Below are positions 56,720 through 64,000 of a DNA stretch of 64,000 nucleotides, piece after piece; positions within the stretch are counted from its first letter, which is position 1; each line of letters starts with the position of its first letter. The position numbers and the translations under genes are program-made. This DNA is from a virus: positions 62,520 through 126,519 of IMG/VR virus record IMGVR_UViG_3300031951_000037, one strand, 5' to 3'. Below the pieces are notes generated by a model. The model was not told the DNA's origin. It worked only from the letters and a program-made list of their open reading frames with translations, and made no database searches.

Positions 56720-57787
56720 GTGGCAAAGCCATTTGATATTAGTAAGTTCCGCAAGGACATTACTAAGGCGATTGACGGCCTTAGTATCGGATTTAACGAC
56801 CCAACCGATTGGGTAAGTACAGGTAATTATGCACTCAATTATAGAATTAGTGGAGATTTTAATAAGGGGATTCCTCTTGGTAAAGTTACTGTCTTTGCCG
56901 GAGAGTCTGGATCAGGTAAGAGCTACATCTGTTCGGGCAACCTAGTACGCCATGCTCAAGAGCAGGGTATCTATGTTGTTCTGATTGACAGCGAAAACGC
57001 ACTTGACGAAGCCTGGCTTCACGCTCTTGGTGTAGATACTGCTGAGGATAAGCTCCTCAAGTTGAACATGGCAATGATTGATGATGTTGCTAAGACTATC
57101 AGCGAATTCATGAAGGGCTACAAAGCCATGAATGAAGAAGACAAGCCTAAGGTTCTGTTCGTCATTGACTCGCTTGGCATGTTGCTAACTCCGACTGATG
57201 TTAATCAGTTTGAAGCCGGTGACATGAAGGGTGACATGGGTCGTAAGCCCAAAGCATTGACTGCACTTGTTCGTAACTGCGTAAACATGTTTGGTTCAAA
57301 CAACGTCGGTCTTGTTGCTACTAACCACACTTATGCATCGCAGGATATGTTTGACCCTGACGATAAGATTTCAGGTGGTCAGGGCTTCATCTATGCTTCG
57401 TCTATCGTGGTAGCTATGCGTAAGCTTAAGCTTAAGGAAGACGAATCAGGTAACAAGGTCAGTGACGTTCGTGGTATTCGTAGTGCTTGTAAGGTCATGA
57501 AGACCCGCTATGCAAAGCCCTTCGAATCCGTGCAGATTAAGATTCCATACGAAACTGGTATGAATCCTTATTCGGGTATGCTTGACATGGCAGAATCAAT
57601 GGGCATGGTAAGTAAGGAAGGCAACAGTCTTGTTTATACTAAGCTTGATGGTTCTATCATCAAGAAGTTCCGTAAGGCTTGGGAAGCAAACGATGATGGT
57701 TGTTTGGATACAATCATGGCTGAGTTTGAAGCTAAGACTGCCAAGACTGCTGCTACTCTGATTGAAGAAGAGGACAGCGCAGAATGA
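56720..57787 (+). CDS. uvsX: RecA-like recombinase UvsX
   Basis: GESGSGKS, DSENALD, VIDSLG, SGGQGFIYASS; position between ssb and uvsY. Confidence 0.93.
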   Translation: MAKPFDISKFRKDITKAIDGLSIGFNDPTDWVSTGNYALNYRISGDFNKGIPLGKVTVFAGESGSGKSYICSGNLVRHAQEQGIYVVLIDSENALDEAWLHALGVDTAEDKLLKLNMAMIDDVAKTISEFMKGYKAMNEEDKPKVLFVIDSLGMLLTPTDVNQFEAGDMKGDMGRKPKALTALVRNCVNMFGSNNVGLVATNHTYASQDMFDPDDKISGGQGFIYASSIVVAMRKLKLKEDESGNKVSDVRGIRSACKVMKTRYAKPFESVQIKIPYETGMNPYSGMLDMAESMGMVSKEGNSLVYTKLDGSIIKKFRKAWEANDDGCLDTIMAEFEAKTAKTAATLIEEEDSAE

Positions 57788-58149
57788 TGGAACTTAGTTT
57801 GGCAAAGAAGATGCTATCCGGCATTGCATATAGTATGGGAAGGAACCGAGTCTCTGGTCGTCCAGTAAAAGAGGTCACTATAACCCCTCAGGATCTAGTA
57901 GATATGTTCAGTGAACAAGGTGGAAAGTGTTATTGGTCAGGTCTTCCTTTAGACCCAAACTACAATAAAATTAAACATCATCCATTCGCTATTAGTCCCG
58001 AACGTCTTGACAATGCCGGACCTTACAGTAAAGAAAATGTTCGGCTATGTAGAAGAATGTTTAACTTGGGTCGTATGGCATTCCCTGAAAATGATTTTCA
58101 AGAAGTAATGAATGAATTGAAAGTTGAGTTTAAGGAGTTAGCAGAATGA
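57784..58149 (+). CDS. His-Me finger (HNH-like) endonuclease-like protein
   Basis: QGGKCYWSG...SPERLDNAGPYSKENVRLC. Confidence 0.55.
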   Translation: MMELSLAKKMLSGIAYSMGRNRVSGRPVKEVTITPQDLVDMFSEQGGKCYWSGLPLDPNYNKIKHHPFAISPERLDNAGPYSKENVRLCRRMFNLGRMAFPENDFQEVMNELKVEFKELAE

Positions 58150-58427
58150 GCATTGGATTAATCGGTGAAGTTTGGAAGCTTCTTAAGTCTAGTATTGAAG
58201 CTGGCGATGTAGATGGTGCAGCCGAAACACTAGTTAATTACCTAGTTGAAGAAGATTATTCAGCACACGAAATCAAGAATACTTTTAGAGGTGACAAGGA
58301 TATCAAGGAAGCACTTGAATTTTATCTAGAAACACCCGAATCAGGAGTACTCTTTGATCAAACTGATGATTTTGACGAAGACGATTACTACGACGAAGAC
58401 GATTATTACGACGACGATCCATACTAA
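58146..58427 (+). CDS. Acidic hypothetical protein
   Basis: D/Y-rich C-terminus; ATGA overlap. Confidence 0.6.
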   Translation: MSIGLIGEVWKLLKSSIEAGDVDGAAETLVNYLVEEDYSAHEIKNTFRGDKDIKEALEFYLETPESGVLFDQTDDFDEDDYYDEDDYYDDDPY

Positions 58428-58885
58428 TGACCTGGTATAGTAAGATAACAAGTGATTTAAGTCACATTCCTGACTTCATAACCCATTATGAAAATGAATT
58501 GTTATCCGCACGTAATGATGTAAAGGTGTACGGCAATGTTGAAAAGAACATTGCTGCACTACCCGGAGTCACGGAGTATCGCTTCAATCAACTTCAAGAG
58601 ATTGAGGCGGTATTACGGTACCTAGAAATCCAGTTACGCAAGATTCGTAGAAAGCATTATAAAAAATATCTAGAAGCATATAACAGACAATTGACCGAAC
58701 GTATTGCCGAAAAATATGTTGACGGCGAAGATGAGGTTATTGATTATGAAGTCTTGATTAACGAAGTAGCATTGCTTCGTAATAAATGGACTGGCGTGAT
58801 TAAAGGAATTGACGCCAAACAGTGGCAGTTAGGGCACATTGTCCGTCTACGAACTGCTGGTATGGAAGATGTATCAATTGGGTAA
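58427..58885 (+). CDS. uvsY: Recombination mediator UvsY
   Basis: KKYLEAYNRQL...EKYVDGE...QLGHIVRLRTAG; location near uvsX. Confidence 0.8.
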   Translation: MTWYSKITSDLSHIPDFITHYENELLSARNDVKVYGNVEKNIAALPGVTEYRFNQLQEIEAVLRYLEIQLRKIRRKHYKKYLEAYNRQLTERIAEKYVDGEDEVIDYEVLINEVALLRNKWTGVIKGIDAKQWQLGHIVRLRTAGMEDVSIG

Positions 58886-58893
58886 CCTAGCTA

Positions 58894-58922
58894 TTGATAC
58901 TTGGCACGATATAAGATAGTGT
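58894..58922 (+). promoter_or_regulatory. Sigma70-like early promoter
   Basis: TTGATA-N17-TAGTGT; ATG 58929 is 6 nt downstream. Confidence 0.55.
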
Positions 58923-58928
58923 AAAAAT

Positions 58929-59657
58929 ATGAGCAAGATTAATGTATCTATAGTCCAAAATTGGGACGATTTGTTGACAACTTCCGTTGCTGATAACGAT
59001 CCGGATATCGTGTATAACTTTACACAAGATCCACTGCTTGTCAGTTGCACACTTTATCGCTTGACCAAGGATGCAGAGAAGGGCTACCAGTATAGAAACT
59101 GGTCATTGACCGAACACACTGATAAGATTGCATCTAAGATTACCGATCAGGATCGTGTTTTTGCAGAGATTGTTAGGTCTTATTATAAGTCAAAGTTGCT
59201 TGTTGCCAAACTACGCAATGAACACTTTACTAGATATAGAACAGATTTGTTGACCTATCTAACTGACTCTCCTAGCCGCGTAACTTCCAAGTTTGTAGGA
59301 ATGATCTACAAGCTTCCTTACTTCTATGAATATGATATGTCGTTGACAGAGATTTTTGGTGGAGAATATTCGGAAGTTAAGGGCCCTAGTAGAGTTGAAG
59401 GCACAATAGCACTATCCTTTATTAATAAGGTTCATAATGGACGCAAGCGTTCAGTTGTAAATGAATACTGGTTTCAAGATACAAATGGCGTCCGTATCAT
59501 GTTACCGCTTCTCAAGAATAATCCCATCACTAACTTGTGGGAGCATCATATCAAGAATAACGTAACCTATATTGAAGCTATCTTCCAAAAGAAAAACAAG
59601 GACACTTGGGCATATTACGAAGCTAGTGGTTGGGAAATCAATGTCCCAGAAGATTGA
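58929..59657 (+). CDS. Hypothetical protein
   Basis: 242-aa ORF. Confidence 0.6.
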   Translation: MSKINVSIVQNWDDLLTTSVADNDPDIVYNFTQDPLLVSCTLYRLTKDAEKGYQYRNWSLTEHTDKIASKITDQDRVFAEIVRSYYKSKLLVAKLRNEHFTRYRTDLLTYLTDSPSRVTSKFVGMIYKLPYFYEYDMSLTEIFGGEYSEVKGPSRVEGTIALSFINKVHNGRKRSVVNEYWFQDTNGVRIMLPLLKNNPITNLWEHHIKNNVTYIEAIFQKKNKDTWAYYEASGWEINVPED

Positions 59658-60090
59658 ACTTGATGATCTACCAAAGACCATCACTGGTTCTATGTCAAGG
59701 TCTAACAAAGTCATTCTGTGTGATCGTTGCAATGGATTTGGATTCTTTGAGAAGGACGAATTGACAGACTATCATAAGAGAGAGTATAGCACATACCGGA
59801 CCCCTTGTAGTACATGCGAGGGTGATGGTAGAATGATTCAATCTACTGAACATATGTCATTTAATCTTGGAAATGATAAGGTTCAGAAAATGCCCTATAT
59901 TTCTTTCAAAGAATTTGTTGACCCGCATGGGTACGAAGATCGTTGGTTTAGATATCGGTTGGATATGACTGATCGTGACCTTGAGCGAAAGTATCCTGAA
60001 CTACAAGCAGTTAATTACGACAACTATGATAAGATGGTTGAGCATTATAGAACTGTAGAAGCATTAAAGAAGGACTACAATGAAGTGTGA
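59641..60090 (+). CDS. Protein with DnaJ-type Zn-finger repeats
   Basis: CDRCNGFG and CSTCEGDG (CxxCxGxG). Confidence 0.6.
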   Translation: MSQKIELDDLPKTITGSMSRSNKVILCDRCNGFGFFEKDELTDYHKREYSTYRTPCSTCEGDGRMIQSTEHMSFNLGNDKVQKMPYISFKEFVDPHGYEDRWFRYRLDMTDRDLERKYPELQAVNYDNYDKMVEHYRTVEALKKDYNEV

Positions 60091-60262
60091 TAAACTAAAA
60101 CTGCACATTGCAGAATTAAAGCATAGGCATCATCATTTAGAATTGGAAATAAATCAGCTTGTTTACACTCACGCTGATGATTTAAAAATCCAAGAGTTAA
60201 AAAAGCGTAAACTCAAATTAAAGGAAGAGATATCTCATTATGAACAGCAATTGGAACAGTGA
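60080..60262 (+). CDS. DUF465/YdcH-like coiled-coil protein
   Basis: LKHRHHHLELEI...IQELKKRKLKLKEEI. Confidence 0.7.
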   Translation: MKCDKLKLHIAELKHRHHHLELEINQLVYTHADDLKIQELKKRKLKLKEEISHYEQQLEQ

Positions 60263-60512
60263 GCAAGTAAAGCTTTGGCTTACTAATTTTTTATCCGCAC
60301 TGGAGCAGACTGCAAACAGATGGTCTAGTGGAATTTTTGTTCTCATCAAAACACTATCAGCGTTGTTTGGCTTGGTTGCTCTTATGGCAGTAATCGTTGT
60401 CCTAACACAATGGTTCTTAGCAGTCTATGGTGCTGCTACATTTGTATTGACATTGATCCTAGCATCATTTGCACTGTCAGTCTTGTCTACGATGAATAAT
60501 AAAAAGCCATAA
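60240..60512 (+). CDS. Small membrane protein
   Basis: Two hydrophobic helices. Confidence 0.5.
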   Translation: MNSNWNSEQVKLWLTNFLSALEQTANRWSSGIFVLIKTLSALFGLVALMAVIVVLTQWFLAVYGAATFVLTLILASFALSVLSTMNNKKP

Positions 60513-60517
60513 AGAGG

Positions 60518-60546
60518 TTGACATATCTCCTACGATTTGCTATTGT
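60518..60546 (+). promoter_or_regulatory. Sigma70-like early promoter
   Basis: GGTTGACA-N17-TATTGT. Confidence 0.7.
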
Positions 60547-60573
60547 TAATTATAGACAGAGAAAGGAGCATAT

Positions 60574-61020
60574 ATGAAAAAAGGTGAACTACTCGGCAAA
60601 GTCCTAGTTCTCGCTACGAATGCTCACGCAGGTCAGTTTGACAGGGGTGGCAACCCGTACATTCTTCACCCGCTAAAGGTCATGCATTATCTCAAGACCG
60701 ACGATGAAGAACTACAGTGTATGGCACTGCTTCACGATGTTGTTGAAGATACCAAAACCACTTGGAAAGACCTTGAAGCAATCGGTTGCACTGAACGGGT
60801 GATCAACGGAGTTAAGGCGCTGACTAAGCAGCCCGGTCAGACCTACGATGAATACAAGGAAGTAGTGTTTGCCAACGAGGATGCAATGCGTGTTAAGCTT
60901 TGTGATCTTCGTCACAACACTGATATCCGTCGTCTCAAGGGCGTCACACAGAAGGACATTGAACGTATGGCAAAGTACAATCAATTCTTTCTTGAAATTC
61001 AGGCTCGCTTGAACGGATAA
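60574..61020 (+). CDS. Stand-alone RelA/SpoT-type HD hydrolase (small alarmone hydrolase-like)
   Basis: HAGQFDRGGNPYILHP, ALLHDVVEDT, VKLCDLRHN. Confidence 0.82.
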   Translation: MKKGELLGKVLVLATNAHAGQFDRGGNPYILHPLKVMHYLKTDDEELQCMALLHDVVEDTKTTWKDLEAIGCTERVINGVKALTKQPGQTYDEYKEVVFANEDAMRVKLCDLRHNTDIRRLKGVTQKDIERMAKYNQFFLEIQARLNG

Positions 61021-61047
61021 AAACTGGCATCCGAGGCAACTTTTTGG

Positions 61048-61076
61048 TTGACTTCGGATGCCCATTTTGTTATAAC
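61048..61076 (+). promoter_or_regulatory. Sigma70-like early promoter with its -35 inside an inverted repeat
   Basis: GGTTGACT-N17-TATAAC; GGCATCCGA (61026) / TCGGATGCC (61054). Confidence 0.7.
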
Positions 61077-61107
61077 TAATATATCAACACATCACAGAGG
61101 AATTCAT

Positions 61108-62115
61108 ATGTCTCGCATTCTCATCAAGAACGGTGAATATCGTAACAACCCGGTCATCGACAGCCAGTTTACTCTCGTCAAGGGTTTTCAGACTGGTAAG
61201 AAGGGTACTTTCGTGACTGTCAAGAATGACGGTGCTTTCCCCGTAAACATTGATGAAGTTCGCATCAAGATCGCTGACACTAGCGATGTTGAATTCCTTG
61301 ACGGTGATGCTACCCCGACTGCTACCGTTACTGAAACTGATGAAGAAGCAATGGATCGTATTGCTACTCGTTTTCAGATCCTTGATGAAATGTCGGCTGC
61401 TTGCATCAACGGCGACATTCGTGCGATGATCGTTTCGGGCCCTCCGGGTGTTGGTAAGTCGTTTGGTGTTGAACAACAGCTTGAAAAGGCTTCTATGTTT
61501 GACAAGATTGCAGGCAAGAAGCTTCGCTATGAAGTTGTTAAGGGTGCTATGACTGCACTCGGTCTGTATGCCCAGCTGTATCGCTACAGCGACAAGAAGA
61601 ACGTCCTCGTGTTTGACGATTGCGATAGCGTGTTTGCTGATGAACTTGCCCTGAACATTCTTAAGGCTGCTCTTGACAGTGGTAAGCGCCGGCGCATCTG
61701 CTGGAACTCGGACTCGCGCCTGCTGCGTGACGAGGGTATTCCGAACAGCTTCAACTTCAATGGTTCTGCTATCTTCATCACGAACCTCAAGTTTGAAAAC
61801 GTTCGTAGCAAGAAGTTGCAGGATCACCTTGAAGCCCTTGAAAGTCGTTGTCATTTCATTGACTTGACGATTGACACCCAGCGTGACAAGATGCTTCGCA
61901 TTCGTCAGGTTGATCGTGACGCCGAAGGTGGCCTGTTCGCTGACTACAATTTTCAGAATGGCGAAGGCGCCGAAGTGCTTGACTTCATGCAGACTAATCA
62001 GAAGAAGCTTCGTGAAATGTCAATTCGTATGGCTCTCAAGCTTGCCGATCTTATCAAGATTTCCCCGCGTAACTGGAAGGCACTTGCTGAAAGCACTTGC
62101 ATGAAGCGGGGATAA
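61108..62115 (+). CDS. P-loop AAA-type ATPase of unknown function
   Basis: SD GAGG; GPPGVGKS, LVFDDCD, IFITN, ALESRC. Confidence 0.85.
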   Translation: MSRILIKNGEYRNNPVIDSQFTLVKGFQTGKKGTFVTVKNDGAFPVNIDEVRIKIADTSDVEFLDGDATPTATVTETDEEAMDRIATRFQILDEMSAACINGDIRAMIVSGPPGVGKSFGVEQQLEKASMFDKIAGKKLRYEVVKGAMTALGLYAQLYRYSDKKNVLVFDDCDSVFADELALNILKAALDSGKRRRICWNSDSRLLRDEGIPNSFNFNGSAIFITNLKFENVRSKKLQDHLEALESRCHFIDLTIDTQRDKMLRIRQVDRDAEGGLFADYNFQNGEGAEVLDFMQTNQKKLREMSIRMALKLADLIKISPRNWKALAESTCMKRG

Positions 62116-62150
62116 AGAAACTCGTGGTGAGTATTTGTCATAGTAACCTA

Positions 62151-62177
62151 GGGGAGACTTCGGTCTCCCCCTTTTTT
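62151..62177 (+). terminator. Intrinsic terminator
   Basis: GGGGAGAC-TTCG-GTCTCCCC then CTTTTTT. Confidence 0.9.
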
Positions 62178-62215
62178 CCAGAATGCTTGTAAATACCACG
62201 TGATAGTGATATAGT

Positions 62216-63220
62216 ATGGACATGAACAACAAAGAACAGCTTCTTTATTTCTTCCTAAACGGCAAGATAAGCTTGAGTCAGTATGACTACAAGTTCATGG
62301 CTAACCTGCAAACTATGATCCAGAATAAGGACAGGGTTACTAGTAATCAGGCAACTCTCTTTGACAATCTTATCAGTAAGTATAAGAAGCAGCTTACTAA
62401 GAACGGTTTTGATAAGGACACCTTGAAGGCACTGCCATGGAAGACTATGGTAGTTGAAAGCACACCAGAATATACCGGTGCTACCGTGTCTCTGTATGAC
62501 AATGATATTGTTATCAAGGTGCCGTTCAACAAGCCGTTTATCAGTGCATTTAGGCAGGTCAAGAACAACAATTTTGAATGGAACCGCGATACCAAAATGT
62601 ATCGTGCTCCTTTTAGTACCACAGCACTTAAAATAGCAAATACTGAACTTGGTAAGTATTTTGATACTGTTAGGTTTGATGATCAATTGTCTAGCCTACT
62701 TGATGATATCAACACCTATTATGCTGAGGTATACGATCCTACATTATATGTAGTTAATGATAGGCCTATTATTGTTGCCATCAATAGTGTTTTGGGCGAG
62801 TTGATTAAGGACATGGTTATTCAGGTTGATCCAAAGACCTTGTTTAGGTTGTCACTAATGGGAATCAATATTGATGAACGTGTTTATGCGACTAATCCTA
62901 AATTAGAGTTTGCAAGCAAGCGTGTCTATGAAATGGAAATTGATCAGGTAGAAACGGCAATTTCGTGGATGAAAAGTTTGGGCTGCAATAATGTGATTAT
63001 CGGTAGAGGTCTACGTACACAGTTAAATCAAGATACTCTCAACGAGCTTATTTCCAAATATGGCATGAATCCTCTTGGTCCAATGGCGTTCGGTAAACTT
63101 CCTGAGGGCGTAAACATGCTGTTGCAGCATACTAGCAACATTGATATTCGCAATGCCTTTGCAGGGCAAATAAGTAAAACAGTCGTGCTTAAAGATAGCC
63201 GACCGATTGAGGTAAAATGA
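62216..63220 (+). CDS. Hypothetical protein
   Basis: 334-aa ORF with ATGA overlap onto uvsW. Confidence 0.6.
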   Translation: MDMNNKEQLLYFFLNGKISLSQYDYKFMANLQTMIQNKDRVTSNQATLFDNLISKYKKQLTKNGFDKDTLKALPWKTMVVESTPEYTGATVSLYDNDIVIKVPFNKPFISAFRQVKNNNFEWNRDTKMYRAPFSTTALKIANTELGKYFDTVRFDDQLSSLLDDINTYYAEVYDPTLYVVNDRPIIVAINSVLGELIKDMVIQVDPKTLFRLSLMGINIDERVYATNPKLEFASKRVYEMEIDQVETAISWMKSLGCNNVIIGRGLRTQLNQDTLNELISKYGMNPLGPMAFGKLPEGVNMLLQHTSNIDIRNAFAGQISKTVVLKDSRPIEVK

Positions 63221-64000
63221 ACGAAGCAAAAATCATCATTAAGGATGAAGTCAATGTGAAAATTGAAGGTCTTGAATTGTCAGACCGAAGAGCATTGATG
63301 AAGAAGTTTGAGTACGAAAAGCCGGGGGCAAGATATTTGCCTTCGGTTCGTTTGGGCCGTTGGAATGGCAAGATCAGTTATTTCAGTCTTGCAGGTAGCA
63401 CTTATCTGAACCTACTGGAAGATGTTATCACATATCTATACGATAAGAATTATGACATTGAACTGATAGACAACAGGGAACAGCACGGTAAGCTAGAGTT
63501 TGATCTAATACGTGAAGATAGCTTTAGTGATAAGGTATGGCCAGACAAGCATCCAATGGCTGGACAGCCTATCATGCTTCGTGACTATCAGGTTCAAATC
63601 ATCAACAACTTCTTGGCCAATCCTCAGAGCTTGCAGGAAGTCGCTACGGGTGCGGGTAAGACACTTATGACTGCTGCTCTATCTAAGAGTGTAGAGAAGT
63701 ATGGCCGCAGTCTCGTAATCGTCCCTAACAAGAGCCTAGTCGTACAGACAGAAGCAGACTACATCAATCTAGGACTTGACGTAGGCGTTTACTTTGGTGA
63801 TCGTAAAGACTATGGCAAGACGCATACAATCTGTACATGGCAATCATTAAACAATCTGTTTAAGAACACAGCCGATGCAGGAGAAGAAAATCTTGATGAG
63901 TTTTTCTTTGAAGACATTGCTTGTGTCATAGTTGATGAGGTCCATATGGCTAAGGCTGATGTTCTCAAGACCATGCTTACGGGCGTGTTCAGTAACATTC
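63217..64000 (+). CDS. uvsW: SF2 DNA helicase UvsW, 3'-truncated by the window
   Basis: My translation is open to the window end: RLGRWNGKI, LRDYQ, ATGAGKT, IVPNKSLV, CTWQS, IVDEVH. Confidence 0.9.
   Translation, partial: MNEAKIIIKDEVNVKIEGLELSDRRALMKKFEYEKPGARYLPSVRLGRWNGKISYFSLAGSTYLNLLEDVITYLYDKNYDIELIDNREQHGKLEFDLIREDSFSDKVWPDKHPMAGQPIMLRDYQVQIINNFLANPQSLQEVATGAGKTLMTAALSKSVEKYGRSLVIVPNKSLVVQTEADYINLGLDVGVYFGDRKDYGKTHTICTWQSLNNLFKNTADAGEENLDEFFFEDIACVIVDEVHMAKADVLKTMLTGVFSNI

Noticed and set aside
62187-62215. TTGTAA-N17-TATAGT promoter before 62216
   Set aside because: The -10 directly abuts the ATG, leaving no room for a start site for this gene; assignment is ambiguous.
1-64000. Stop-codon reassignment as seen in some large phages
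   Set aside because: Conserved genes are full length in code 11, TAA, TGA and TAG all terminate genes, and coding density is high.

Overview
A 64-kb segment of a large T4-superfamily-like myovirus genome. All credible genes are on the + strand in the standard code, and the markers are gp17 terminase, gp32, UvsX, UvsY, UvsW, ThyA, DHFR and T4-type late promoter motifs. Layout: (1) 1-13.2 kb, baseplate/tail-fibre structural genes; (2) 13.7-33.7 kb, a ~20-kb surface-glycan biosynthesis/modification island; (3) 33.7-38.0 kb, a small early operon (secreted protein, Bfd-like ferredoxin), a circularly permuted two-piece alphaproteobacterial-type tmRNA gene with a 121-nt structured intervening segment, and a 1054-aa polyvalent effector (nucleotidyltransferase, PG-binding, 2x GNAT, zincin, ART-like) whose modules are separated by prohead-protease-like [ILV]-x-E sites; (4) 38-47 kb, MoxR/vWA, small paralogues, frd/td and sugar epimerase + aminotransferase; (5) 47-55 kb, spanins, three internal-head-protein-like paralogues, a methyltransferase and terminase; (6) 55-64 kb, the recombination/replication block. 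The host is probably an alphaproteobacterium (inferred from the tmRNA type). The most notable signals are the phage-borne permuted tmRNA, the apparently packaged and proteolytically split polyvalent protein plus capsid-targeted paralogues, apparently leaderless late transcripts, and the late-expressed glycosylation island. Family calls come from motif recognition by eye; no database searches were run.
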